From Lama glama (taxonomy: Eukaryota), in NCBI GenBank assembly GCA_028534125.1, contig CM052818.1, positions 17,362,001 through 17,426,000 of the forward strand: a DNA stretch of 64,000 nt, read 5' to 3'. The notes beneath the pieces were generated by a model. It was given only the letters and a program-made list of their open reading frames with translations. It did not search any database and was not told the origin of the DNA. A program made the translations under genes and the position numbers. Below, piece after piece: positions 38,506 to 52,280 of the stretch (position 1 is its first letter; every line of letters starts with the position of its first letter).

Positions 38506-40457
38506 TATGTCAGTTTTTTTTTAACCTATGATTTTTTTACACCATAATTCTAGTAAATTCTTGACTCTGAAAACCCGATGGAAGCCATTCTTACAATTAA
38601 TTTATGAAAAAAAAAGTAAATTAAAGGACTTCAATAGGCAATTGCAACCTTTACTGACAAGCTAATCATTTAAAGAATTTATTAGGAACTTACACAGCTT
38701 ACCATGTGTTCTTTAAAATAAGATTTTTCTTAAAGTACTGGAAGGTATGATTTCTTCTCGCTCCATCCCTGCTGCCTCTAGCTCTAATACAAATTGATTA
38801 CTGAATTAGTTGCCAGAGACTTTTTAATAAAGTTCACTTACTGCCTGAGGGAGTCTAGTTGCGGAAGGGAAGACATAAACATTTGATGTTCTTGGGGTTA
38901 TTGGTTGTGGGATTGCTTTGCTTGGTTTTATTTTTAGCCCTAGATCATTTTGCTATCTTTATGAAGTTTCTTCTAATCTGATTGGCAGAAGGTCTACCAC
39001 TTACTTGTTTTTCTTCTCAGCTGGATAACTTAAGATTCCAAGAGCCATTTAAAAAGATTGCAGGACTTTGAATTTGATCTTGGAACAAGCTTGTCTCACT
39101 GGGCAGCTCAGACTACGGAGCTCAGTTGTTCCTGGAGGGAGTATTTGCTAAATAACACATTTAGAGAGGGAAATAATGAGTAGTTTTGAGAAGAAGGTAC
39201 ATTGCAAAGAAACCACCAAGTGAAGTGTTACTTCTTGCAGAGATTTACTAAAATACTATTCATTGAAAATTATCTCAATATATTCAGCTACTTATATGAC
39301 CTTGATCTGAAAAGATGTAATTGTTCTTGTTTATCATTTTTTCTGTTCTTTTTTAAGTTACCATTAACAGGTTCCTTTAAGATTGTCACCTTTTCAAGGA
39401 TTTTTTTTAATAATCCAAAATAGATGTGACATATATGATATCTCTCATAAACTACCTTGCCTTGATATTTATCTTTAACACATAGGTCCTACCTGTTTGG
39501 GAAAAGGGGCGGTGTGTTTTCAGTGTTATATTTCTAGTTCCTTCATATAGTTGGCATTTATCAGACAACCAAGAGGTAGGCCAGCTCAGCAACATTTCTT
39601 ACTTCAGTTAATTACCTTATAAGACAGAAAAAGAGAATGACTTACCAAGTGGACTGCAGTTGACATCAATGATTGATTATGTAAAGTCAGCTTTTCACAC
39701 CACCAGTGGAATCGTTCACGTCTCATTTCTATGAAAGCTGCCTTTTTGATTTTGCAATTCATAGTCTGTGCAACTATTTGTGGTAGCCCTGAACAAATGT
39801 CTAGGATATGGACAAGGCAGGTCATGCATGAATCCATTCATATTCTAAAGAATTACCTCAGTTATTAAAGAAGAGCACACTGGTTTTCCAAAAATTGAGT
39901 ACTTTTTTTTTTCTATGTAGCATATTCTTTCAATAAATGTCAAAATATGGAAATGTCAAATAGCAAAATGAAAAATATACATGACACATTTCTACATATA
40001 TTATTCTTGCCATGATCACAAGAGTATAGAATTTTTCTTACAGAAAATATAGACTGTAGGGAAACACAGACTGTTTATTTTTTTAAAAAGCTTCTTATTC
40101 GAGAAAAGTTTTGGGCCAATAGGCAAAGGGAAAATTGCCCTACTTTGTCATTGAAGTGCACCGTTACTATTGAAATTATCTGTAAGAACAATGATTCCTG
40201 ACCTTATAGGAATCGTGATAGCTTTTACTGTTCCATTTTCGTGATAGTTTTATTTTGATTAAAGTTTCATATTGAGTAAGCATGTAGCATCTTTCATCTT
40301 AAAATGTTACCTTGGCTGAGCCAGAGCTGAATCTCATATGGGCTAGCCAGCTTCATTGGGACAATTCATCTGCTTTCATGCCTTCCAGGTCAACTGTGGA
40401 ATCTGAGTGGTTCAGGCTCATTTGATCTCATTGAAAGTTTGGGAGAGGTTAATTTTT

Positions 40458-40959
40458 TATTTTTTATTTTTTATTTTTTATTTTTATTGAAGTATAGTCA
40501 GTTTATAATGTGTCTTTTTCTGGTGTACGGCATAATAGTTTAGTCATACTATATATATACATATATTCATTTTCATTGTAGGTTACTACAAGATATTGAA
40601 TATAGTTCCCTATGCTATACTGTATACACTTGTTTATCTATTTTATATAAAGTCGTAAGTGCAAATCTCAAGCTCCCAATTTATCCTTTCCTACCCTCTT
40701 CCCCCTATGGTAATCATAAGTTTGTTTTCTATGTCTGTGAGTCTGTTTGTGTTTCACAAATACATTCATTTATCTTTTTTTTTTTTAGATTCCATATATA
40801 AGTGATATCATATGATATTTTTCTTTCTCTTTCTGGCTTACTTCACTTAGAATGACATTCTCCAGGTCCATCCATGTTACTGCAAATGGCATTATTTTAT
40901 TATTTTTGATGACTGAGTAGTATTCCATTGTATAAGTATACCACAACTTTTTTATCCAG
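40458..40959 (-). mobile_element. 5'-truncated lineage-specific L1 (3' UTR plus ORF2 end)
   Basis: (TTTTTTA)n tail, ttattgaagtatagtcagttt..., ttctggcttacttcacttagaatgacattctccaggtccatccatg; degenerate TSD gggagaggttaattttt (40441) vs gggagacttcaattttt (40960). Confidence 0.9.
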
Positions 40960-43444
40960 GGGAGACTTCAATTTTTAATGCCTAGTGAGTCCTCACAGAC
41001 CCTAAGTCTTATTACTGATTTGTATGGGGTTCAGAAATCATTGTGAAAACACTTGAACCAACTTCATGATGAGTTTTTAATGAAGCAGTGTGTGTGCAGT
41101 AACTTACACGATGTCACTATCAGGAAATTATCCATTTTGGTCAGTTTGCATTCAGTTTTATAGTCAACAAACTGCTTTTTTTTTTTAATCGATATATTTC
41201 CTTAATTTCTAGGAGTCTAGGGTTCTGATGGAACACTCAGTATGCTACATATGAAACACCTCCCATTGTTCCTTCTCTCTTGAATGTCAATATGAGCTAA
41301 TTTCTCACTTAAGGCTTTCATGACCTGGGAATTACCTAAACTCTTCCAGACTTTCTTTTCTTTGGTCTGATTCAGACGATGGGGCCAGTATCTAAGCCAT
41401 TTCAGTGACATGCCATGTTTCTTGCCTTGTGTCTTTTATTAAAGATCTACCTGCTCTCTTACTCATAGATGAATGGGTAAAAACCCTGTCTCATTTTCTG
41501 GCCTCTTTAGCTGGTTGTAATGCATTTGTCAGTTCTACATCTGCATCTTCCATCAGGTGTCTCAAATTGTGATATATAGTCTTTATTTTCCTTTCTTTCC
41601 TAACTTTTTTTCACCCTTCAGTGCATCTGTAGCATTGAGGGCTATATTCTTATTCTCAATATTGCTAATGGTGTTACTACTTTTTAGATTTAGAGTTGAT
41701 TACATGATATAGGTAGGACCTCCTATTACTCTGATTCCATTCATCTTTACTGATGTAATGCCCACCTTTCCTGAGTTTTTAATGCTATTACATGAAATTT
41801 TAGGAATTAGGAATCTGTGGTGCTCATGAAATAATTCCTTGTGATCTGACAAAAAATTTACAGGAATGTAGACAGACAATGAACTCTTGTTGCTTTAGTG
41901 TACAAGTAGGATTGTTAAGGGTTATTCATTTAATTTTTCAAGTTTTATTAGCAATTTTGCTATGGTCTAAATTTTTTTCATACAAGGTGGCCTTCTTATT
42001 GTTTTTGCTTTTTATGAACTTTAGTCAGAGGAATGCCTCCAAATAGGTAGAAATTGTTTAGGACATTTAAATTTAACAATAGCCTCTTGAGAAGGCTGTA
42101 GGAAGAATAAAAGCTCCTCTTATTTATAGTTGTTTTACTTTTAAGTGCCATCTGTCTGCCTCGCAAAATTGCCCTGTACAAAGTGTTATATCCCTGTTAC
42201 ATTTAATAGAATCACAATGGCCTGAATGTTTCATGTTGGCTACATGATGACATTTGAAGAATTATAGGCTTTCAGAAAAGGACCTTTTATTCTTATACTT
42301 CTTTTTATGAGTTAGAAGCAAATTTATTCAGAAGTTAATTGTATTATTGTCCATGTACCAAAGATCCAGAGCAACTGATAGTCAAGTGGACTCGTACATG
42401 CAGATTGGTTTTATTTTTCAAAAAGGCTCAACCCATTTGAGGGAATATATTAGCTTTTGCAGAAGCAAGTGTGGCTAAAATAGGCATATTTAGGGAGGAG
42501 ATGGTTGGCAAGAAAAAGGAGAGGAAAGAGCCCTTTATGTAAATAGATGCTAAGTAAAAATCTAAAAATATTTTTACTGTAACTTCACAGGCAGTTCAAA
42601 CATTAGAAATAAGAGTCCATGTATACTTTTTTGCAAACGTTTATTGCAGTGTAAAGTATGTGACACTGCTAAATTTGCATCTGATGGAGCCAGCTTTGAT
42701 AATGAATTTGGAGTGAGTAATATAGACTTGCTACACAATTTAAATGTGAAGATTACTGAAAACCATTTTAAGTTTGAGTCATCCATACATTTGTGATGTG
42801 ATGGCTGTTAAGGTTAATTTGCTATAAATCCATTAGTAGTCACGGCACTGCTGTGTTAGCGCTTGCCGTATAGAAGCATACGTAAATTATAAAGGTGCCA
42901 CTTTCCTCCACGTCCCTCTCCATGTTGATAAAACACTTGAAACTGTGATTAAGATGTACTGTTGCTGTACAATGAATTCACTTTTATAATAAAATAAAAC
43001 ATGTGTCTATAAAAATAACATTTTTAAAATGAAACCAGATGATAGTTCATTTTGTATAGACTTACCCCTTTATTTAACAAAGTGAATTTTTTGTATCATG
43101 CTGTGAATCTTACGAGGCTAGATGTTTCATGGCGATGAGCTAATACTTTGTTTTTCATAAAAGCTCCCATGTAATGCAATTTAATATCCTTCTTATTGTC
43201 AACTATTAATGAATGTAAATAATAGAATAGGTTTATATCACAAAAGTGCTAATCCAGGGAATGAAATACTGAAAAGATTAATAAAAATTGGGATGTGGGA
43301 AAGCCATTTCTTAAAAGGCATTTCGTTTGAACACAAGTCTGAAATGAATCAAACTTTTCTAAAAGCTCTTATAAATAAAACAATATTATGATGTTGGTTA
43401 TTTTATATTGTTAACATACACACACATGTACGTCATCTGTTCTC

Positions 43445-43675
43445 TTTAAAATGTATTGTGCGTTTACCATATGCCAGAAATTGGACCAAGATATTACTGT
43501 GCAATATCTCATTTAATTCTGCCAGAAGCTCTGTGAGGTAGACAGTTTTAATATCCCCAAGGGTAGGAAATCCAGGAGTCAGAATAAATAGCCAGGTCAA
43601 TTTCATGTAGCTAATAAATGATAACACTTGCAGTTGGAACCCAGGTCTGTCTGACTCCAGAGTTACATTCTTAAT
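43445..43675 (-). mobile_element. MIR SINE
   Basis: atctcatttaattct...ctctgtgaggtag...gaacccaggtctgtctgactccagag. Confidence 0.8.
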
Positions 43676-44624
43676 TTCTTAGTACATGATGTACTTTCTG
43701 CAATAAGTACATCATGTCCTTGGTTCAGAAAAATGCATGTTAAATGAAGTAGGTTTTGATACTTCAGTCATTTCATCCTCTGTATTTTATTGTGGAAGTA
43801 TGCTCATATATTTTTAGGTCACCAAAATAGAGTATATTGTAATTTTCTATCTTGATGTATGGAGGGCTTTAAGAACATACGTTTTTAGAGTTTAATGCAA
43901 AATGATTTTTTTTTTAAAGCCAAGATGCTTATAGAGGTAGGTAGAAGAGAGCTAGGTGGGGGCTGGACATCTAATTCTCTCGCTTATGAGGACAATACAA
44001 TGCACTATTGTGCACACAAAAGAGAAAAGAAGAGAGATTGATTTCTATTATGCATCTGAAGGAAAAGGACACTAGGAATAATTGCCTTGTTCAGCACATG
44101 GTAGTACACTTGTTTTTGCTTGGTTTTGGCAAAACCTAAAGAACTGGAAAGTCAGACTAAGAAAGACAGAATAGCTACTGGCATGCCAGTTGCCAAGTCT
44201 TAACACTTATTGGAAAAGGTTGAAAAATGAGATGAAATCAAATCTTGAGTAATAATATTTGTGTTGTGACATTTATCTTACTGAAAATATAAACCTTTAA
44301 ATTCTTATCCTCAAGTTGTATATAACTGAGTAACTAGAAACTTTCACAGTTCCACAAGTTTGTGAAGTGTACCCTAAACTAAATGTTAATCTACATATAT
44401 TAAATGTTCTGTCATTTCACATTTACATGCTACTTTTTTCTTTTTTTTTTTTTAAGCATTGAGAGGTGAAAGAACAGTATATGATCATGAGGTGCAAATG
44501 TCACTTTATGGATATGAGACATTCGAATATGATAACAGTTGGCCTTGATAAATTCAGACAGACAAATCCAATTAACTTTTTCTTGACTGTCTTATTATGA
44601 TAACAGAAACATTTCTGTAATAAA

Positions 44625-44845
44625 AAAAATACAGGAGTAGAATCTGGATACTAGATTTCCTACCAGCTCTACCAAGTTAGCAACTTTAGTTACCAAGTCA
44701 ATCCTCATGACTGCATTGCCTCAATTGTGATACGGGAGTACTGCTTGCTTTATGTTCCATCCAGAAATAGAGAAGAAATGAAAACAATTCTTGTGAAAGT
44801 GATTTTGAATATTAAAAATTATCATGTAGTATATGATATTGTTAC
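44625..44845 (+). mobile_element. Highly diverged MIR-family SINE
   Basis: ccagctctacca...caagtca...ttgtgaaagtgattttg layout. Confidence 0.45.
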
Positions 44846-46889
44846 TTACTCTGGTGATTCTGGGAAACATCTGAATTCTTAGATATGTTTTATATTGTTA
44901 AGCAACATCTCTAGTTTTGAATATTTTTCTTAATTTACATGAAATACACAGTTATTAGAGAACAAAGTTAATTAAAAGGAGAAAAATAAAATCAATCAAG
45001 GACCAGCACACAGATTACCACTACTTCCTTTCATAGAAATCTTTATTTTTATTTATTCTTATCCTATTTTTTAATCAGTGTTGGCTTTTCTAAAACACTT
45101 CATACTTACTCGTCTGCAAAAATTACCAAGCAGAAGGATATTTATTAAGTAGTGCTCGCTTGTTAATATTGTGATGAGCAAGCCTCTGATGATGTAGAAT
45201 GGTCCTAGAAGGCTCTGCCATTTCTGATATACAGCTCTGTGTATTCTGAATTTTCTTTGCTTGCACACTGACTGCTACCTTTGAACTATAACTTACCCAT
45301 TCTTACTTGAGAGAAATAAACTTCTGTCATACATTACCATTCAAGGAAATTAATAGAGAAGTACACAGCTTCTCTACCATTGCATTTTAAGAAGATTAAT
45401 GTTATCTGATATGTTTCTTGGGTCAGGTCTACCTACCAAGACTTTTTAACCAGTCAGGCATGCTCAGCATATTGCAAAGATCTTTGGGATTTCTCAAGGG
45501 CCTGTGGAGATGTCTCAGACAGAATACAAAGAGTAATTGGCTCCAAAATACAAAAAGAAAATGTTTGATATCATCAGCTATTTACTCAAAGGTACATAAA
45601 AGTGACATTAAGTAAACTTCATTTAATTGGTTTGGTAATCATAGACATAATAATTTGTAGATATCTTGAAAACATAGTGCTGTATACTAAACTTTTACAT
45701 ATAAGCCTTACTCTTGGTGGATGCTGTGTTTCCATACACACAAGATGTTTTCTGGCCTAAATTTTTGTCTTTAGTCCTCTTGCTTTCCTTACTATGTTAG
45801 GCACATAGTAGATACACAACAAATACGTTAGCATCCTTTGTTACTGGAAGGCTACACTCCCCTCTATAATCTGTACCTAAAGGTGTATACCTGGGATAAC
45901 TAAACAAGTATTTCTGTCGTCCCCTTTCCCCTTTAGTGTGTAGAAAGATTCATTCTCCTTTATATGTATCTTTGTATGTCTCTTCCAAATATTCTGACTA
46001 GAAGAATACATTTTATTGCATTAAATGAGACGGATGCCAGTGGTGCAATTAAATAGGACTTCAGTGCCTTGGATGCCTAGAAAACTCATTTGAAAGGAAA
46101 CTCTTACTTTAAAAGATGTGGGATGGATAATTTACTGACATCATTACCATAAAGTAAAATTTGAACACTTAACCAAATGAGGCTGTGACATTATTCTTAT
46201 TGCTGTAAGACAAGCATTTGCTTTGGGGAAAAAAAGGGTCTTTTTATGGAGCTGGATAGTTTGACAGCTACTAGATGTAGCTTGTTAAGTAAGATCTAAC
46301 TTCTATGGATGGAATCTATTATCTGCATTTTCTTGACATGACTGTTAGGTCTCATGGCTGTTCATCCATTAGTTATCATCTGTCATATGTGAATAGACCC
46401 TTTCCCCATAAAAGTTGATTCATCGCATACTTCCTTTGATTTGCTTCCCTGTGCTGCATGACCCTATCACATCTACATGCAGCTTTTGTTTCAAAAACAA
46501 GTTGATATATGTTTCTGCTCCTTTTTGAAGCATCTGAAGTCAATGTTTCCTACTAAACTATTTTTTTAAACTAGCAGGAAGAAAGAAAATCACATTACAT
46601 TGTGTGCTTGTCCAGCTCAGTGGAGAAAGCAGTAATCCCTCATTTGTTCTGAAGCACCTGCTGGTAGATTTAATGAGTGTATTAAAAACTGAGCTGCTCT
46701 GATATATTTTTTAAAACTCTGTTCTCATTCTTGGGCATGTTTGATTGAAAACTGTTATTTGGTTATTTGCTCTGACATAGGTTTTATGTTGTTGTTGTTA
46801 TTTTATTTATTATTGCCATTGTGTAAGTTTTATAATTTGCTGATATGTCAGTATAATAAACATAGGAAAGTGTCCACTAGATGTATTTA

Positions 46890-46919
46890 GACTAACCTGT
46901 TTTGGTTTTTGTTTTCCAG
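46890..46919 (+). promoter_or_regulatory. NRXN1: Branch point and polypyrimidine tract of the NRXN1 exon 3' splice site
   Basis: GACTAAC at 46890-46896 (branch A 46895, 24 nt upstream of the 3' splice site), then a T-rich AG-free tract up to CAG. Confidence 0.85.
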
Positions 46920-47101
46920 CTGGGACAACGTATATCTTTAGCAAAGGTGGTGGACAAATCACATATAAGTGGCCTCCTAATGACCGACCAAGTACACGAG
47001 CAGACAGACTGGCTATAGGGTTTAGCACTGTTCAGAAAGAAGCTGTATTGGTGCGAGTGGACAGTTCTTCTGGCCTGGGTGACTACCTAGAGCTGCATAT
47101 A
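46920..47101 (+). CDS. NRXN1: Internal coding exon of neurexin-1: N-terminal part of LNS6 (laminin-G) domain, first exon common to alpha- and beta-NRXN1
   Basis: Acceptor ttttggtttttgttttccAG at 46918-46919; donor ATA|GTAAGT at 47102. 182 nt = 2 nt (CT, completing a phase-1 codon) + 60 codons [60 protein letters not shown]. This matches neurexin-1 as I recall it; the [11 protein letters not shown] and STVQKEAV segments differ in NRXN2/NRXN3. Confidence 0.98.
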
Positions 47102-49540
47102 GTAAGTACTTTTAAAATAAGATTCTACTTTCAGTTTTTACTTTTAGCTTTTTGTAAATAACTTAAAATTCTGCCTTTTGGACATTTTCCTCCCTAGCAA
47201 CCAATATTTTGTTACAGAAATATAAGTATTTTCTAGAGGTAATAGAACCTTGTATCTATTACTGTTGTTAAAAATATTCTTGACAATAGATTTTTTTTCA
47301 AGTTATGAGTTGATTTCAATTCTCTGTTCGCAAAGAATTAATTTAGATGTGTTTTTAGTGACTTTAGGCAGGCTTTCCAAATTAATGAAAAAAAAAGTTG
47401 TTGTTCAGCAGATACTACTCCATCTGACTGGAAGCAGGAGGTTGTAATACTGGTGACATCAAAAAATCTGAACCATTGTCCATGTCTTTTTCCTCACCTG
47501 AGGAAAGAGTTGTCTAAAGTTACATGCAATGGATAAGAGAAAAGGAAACTTTAGAGATACTTGGGGAAAAGGGCAAAAAGATTATTTTTATGTCACCTTA
47601 TACTTAGTTTGATACATAGGCTTCAGGAAAATACAGTGGACTATTGCCATTTATATCTTGAGGCCATGCCTTTTTCTCTATGCTCCAAGCCTCCCGCAAG
47701 AATTTATTTAGCACATAGTAAAAGGCAAATAGCAGTTGATGAATGAAAAGCTTTCTTTACCTTTTAAAGTTGCCATAACTGATTACAGCTTGGGGATTCT
47801 TCCCTATATCTCTGCATTCAAAGAGTTACTAATATGTATGGTTGCAATTCTTTATCTCCTCATTCTCTCACAATATTTGCAAAGAATCACACACAGTCTT
47901 TCATTGTCAAGAGATATTAATATTTTACTGATATATCAAAATACCAACCATAGGAAAGTGTTATATATTCAAAAACTCTAAAGCATTCTTATCATCATAG
48001 TTCTTGGTCTGAATGCTCTATCTTCTGGAAGGTTCCAGAAGCATATCATTCTCGTCATCCCCCTTTCTATTCTTGAGGTATAATTTATCTCTTCTGTTTC
48101 ATGTGATTGTATAAGTTTGCTTTGTTTTGTTTTTGTCTATTCCCACAAGTTCTCTCTTTACTTGCACCCATGACTCAAAAGACATTTGATTAGATCAACA
48201 TGTTCTTCCCTGTTAGAAACAGGCCTTCAGGCTCTCCTCCTAAAATGATTACAAAAACCACCAAACACCAAAATGCATTATCTACAGACTTTTTGCTGGG
48301 TCTTAATTATAAAAGTTTTATTAATTTATTTTCTTAATCTTAGTTTCCATTAGACTTCTAGAATTTCCAACAAGTGAGAATTTACGACTGACCACAAGAG
48401 CTGAATTCATTGCTAATCTTGGGGAGGGGAGGGGGGAACAACAACAACAAAACCTCAGCACAACTATTATTGAATTTGTCGTGTATTTTCAATTCAAAAT
48501 GCAGTTGTCAAGATGGGAACCCTTGGAAAGTAATTTCAGCTGCCTTTCAGCAAATATCAATTAAAAAATTGAAAGCATCTGGATTTTTATGGCATTATAA
48601 ATAAATGATCAGTTGAGATAAACTTAACTAATGCAGTAGGGAATCTTGCTGTTTAGAGTAATCTCAGCTTTCTAAATGCATTTGCTCCCTCCTGATTTAA
48701 GAGCCTTGCTACTTCAAAAAATTAATAAATAAGAAAACAAGATCTTTTCCTCTGGAAAGAAATTACTTATTGATCCATAACCAATTACATATTTACCCTG
48801 AGAAACGTTTCTGCAGTGATCACTCTCAAATCATAAGGGGCCATGTTATTGAATTACTCAAACTGCTGTTGTTTGTTTTATGGTCAAAGGGTTTTAGTCT
48901 ACAAGAATGGATGTTTCTTTCCAATTCTGGTCAACTGTGGCCTTAAAGTCCTTTCATATGTAAAGGATTGGCTTTCTAGATGTCCATACCAGTCCAATAC
49001 CTCCCAAAGCTTCTTTATTAGCCATGAATTTCTGATAGCTGTCCTGTGAGGGCCTCCTTCTTTCTGAATCTCCTCTCTTGGATTTGCCTGGCCATTCACT
49101 GTGAAATTAATGTTTGCCTCTACACACCCTTCCTCTTGGATTTGCTGTCTTCAAACTCTACCTTGATCTGAGCCTGTCCTTGATTAGGAAATTGAAAATG
49201 GACATTGGTTTCTTGGGCTTACCAAACACCGTTGGTAGTCAGCCCTACTCACTCTTGAATCAACTACACGTATCCAGTCTTTGTTCAAATTTGGCCAACT
49301 AAAACTTTCCATCTCCCTCCTTTCTCTCTCATTGCCTACAAGCAGTGATCAGTCATTAGTGACTCAACAAGTTGCTTATATGGAGACAAGTAACTTCTTT
49401 CCATGTTTCCAGCATACAAACAAAACTAAGCCAGTGGTTTTCTTTTTTTACTTCTAAAGTTTACCTTTAGTCTTTCCCATAATATTGGGTATATGGAAGA
49501 GAAAGGGAAAGAGGAGTTAGATATCAAAAAAGTAATTGAG

Positions 49541-49620
49541 AGAGCAAGGGAGACAAAGGGAGAGAGGGAGAGAAGGGATGGAGGGGAAAAAGGAAGGAAG
49601 GAAAGGAAAGGAAAGCAAAG
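49541..49620 (+). repeat. GA-rich low-complexity polypurine tract
   Basis: gggagacaaagggagagagggagagaagggatggaggggaaaaaggaaggaaggaaaggaaaggaaag. Confidence 0.85.
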
Positions 49621-52280
49621 TGTCTGGGGATCAAAGTTGATGCCCACCTGTGATGGGGACAGAGGTATTCTTAATAATGGTACTTAGATTTAGGAATAGT
49701 CAAGGGCTATTTTATCAAGTGATTTACATACCTTGGGGTCTAGCCTGATTCTCCCCAAATCATTTCTTCTGCTTCTTTCAGGATTGGAAATTTAAAAGAA
49801 AAATAACTTTTTTAGAAAGAGTACTACTATTGTTTGATTATGAAAATAGCTGACTTAAAAATGTGCCTGATACTATCACATATTATGTTTAATCTATAAA
49901 AGTTTGAAATTTTGGTTATTCATTAAACTTCCAAGAGAACTTCTATAAACCTTGAAGGTCAGCCAAGTATAAATTATGTACTGGTCTTAGTTAAAAATTA
50001 ATCTTATATCCTAATTAATGGAATTAACTAATAAGCTAGAAAGTTGATTGTACACATTGAAGGTGCTCCAGTCTTGCTGAATTTCATAATGCCACTTCAG
50101 TTAGATAAGTTTGAAATCTGATTGGAATATAATTTCAATGAAGATATGAATATTTGACATTGTTTATTATCCCATTTTAAGAAATTATGTTTGATTTTAC
50201 TTAAAAATATAATCATATTTAAATTTTGATGAACTATACTCTTAAAATTTAACAACTTAGAGTTAAATGGGTTTTGATTCAGGTGGCCTAGTTCTTACAG
50301 ATGGATTTTTTTTTTTTGCCATATTAATGTTAATGCTACCACTGTTAATATGAATGTCATATGATAGTGCTATTGAAATTTATAAAGTTCTAAGAGGGGA
50401 ATGAGGAGGAGATAAAGACATGAAGTGAGGAGCAATTGATTATTATAGTGCCTAGAATACAAATGCTCAATAAATGTTTTCTGATATAATGAAAGAATTA
50501 ATGAATTATATATTGAAAATGTTATGGCTTAGGTTATGAATAGATTCTCAGATTTTCAGTAGTCGAAGTGAAGTCATAGATGCAGTTTAGTTTCTATCTA
50601 TATAACTCTGTAGAAAGCCACCTACCTTCTTGTTTACAATATAGAAAAAGTGTTACACTCAATACGTACCACATATATTATTGAAGAGTTACGTACTTTT
50701 ATTGATATTATTTTCTGAATTTTTACCTAAGATGATTATGGTAGTTGGTTGTTTCAGGAAAGTCTATGGTGAGAATTTTTATTGGATGATTAGTAATCTC
50801 TCCTTAATAATTACGTTACTTACTGGAACTCACTTATATCATGACCTATTCTCTAGTCATTTCATGTTTGTCCTTTGTTTTCAAATACAGATAAACTTTC
50901 TGGTAGCATAGAACATAATTTATAATAATGATGATTAATAAGAAAAATAATACAGAAATATGGCTTTTCATCATTTATGTCAGTACATGCTAGTAGCCTG
51001 TCCAGAAATATTTTATGAGTAACTAATATGGCCCAGGGCTATGTTGAAAGCTCTGTGGATACAAAAGTAAATGAGCTCACCACTTACTACTTATCTCAAT
51101 AAATATTAGTTGGATGAATGAATGAACAAACCAGTTGGGATTCTGGCCACGTAGTAGCTTAGAGTATTCATAGTAAACAGACTTTGTCCCAAAGTGACTA
51201 GTGTTGGTTATTTCTCCATCTTGGTATAATCTCCATTTCCTCCCTTTGCAGTTTTTACTTCTTATCTGCATAGTACTTGTAAGAATGTGGACAAAGGATA
51301 GGTTTTTAAGATAAAGAATATCAAAAAGGAACTTGGGAATTGTGAAGTGTTATATACACATTTAAATTAGTAATGTTGATAATTATTTAATCAATATTGA
51401 ATTAAATAAATTCTTAGAGGCAGTAAGCAAAAAATTAAGTCTTAAGTTTTTTATAATTTATGTGATATATCTAGAAATTTGACCAATGTAGTCACTGGAG
51501 AGAAAATATCTCTTACATATCAGTCTGGTGACGTTAATTGGAAATTACTTAACCCTCTGACTTCCAGAAGAAAGCACTGGAAATGGGTGCTCACTCACTG
51601 CCATGAATCTGAATGTGTGCCTTGGTTCTGACCAGAGGAAATGTGTGGAGGGTGGAGGAGAGGGTGAGTGGAGAGTGTTCTTTGGAATTCTTTCATCTTA
51701 GGAGCATGAAAGAGCATTGCAAATTTGATTACTGAATTGTTATACCTATTTGCCTTGTGTTTCTTCTTTGTACTTTGCTGGACCGGAAGCCTGATTTTGG
51801 AAACCAAGCTCTTAATTGATTTTGATTTACAAATACACCTTTTGATCAGTGGTTTTAGTATAGACTAGAAGCACAGTGTATTTATAGTAAATATTGCATG
51901 TCCCCAAATAACTTATCAATACTGTTGATGTGTCAAATCTTTCTCATCATTTTCTGCCTCATTATATTTAGACTACTTATGCCATATGAAGATTAAATTT
52001 TAAAAAAATCTTTTTAAAGTCAGTAATTATGCATGGGTGCATACCTATATCAACAAGATAAAACCTAATTATTCCCTCACAGGCTTTTCTGCAACTTAAA
52101 CTATGTTTCATCTGAAGTATTTTTAACCAACAGATTCACCTACTTTAAGAATTTCACTTTGCCATATAATATTTAAATTAAAGGCTGAAAATCATACATC
52201 GTAGATATTTTAGTTGGTTTTGTTTTTTCCTGGCTCTTACATGAATTAGAGAACACATGGCTTCTTTGACAAGAATTTTA

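Larger units (their letters stand above)
1..46919 (+). other. NRXN1: 3' part of the very long phase-1 NRXN1 intron preceding the LNS6 exon
   Basis: No other neurexin exon, CpG island or beta-promoter recognised upstream; repeat-rich, AT-rich sequence. Neurexin genes are known to have very large introns. Confidence 0.8.

Noticed and set aside
1..46919. NRXN1-beta promoter or first exon
   Set aside because: No CpG island or GC-rich signal-peptide exon in the window; it must lie further upstream.
47102..47161. Read-through of the exon donor adding [23 protein letters not shown], a hydrophobic tail
   Set aside because: It would cut the LNS6 fold after about 60 residues; the hydrophobicity simply reflects T-rich intron sequence and the donor is strong.
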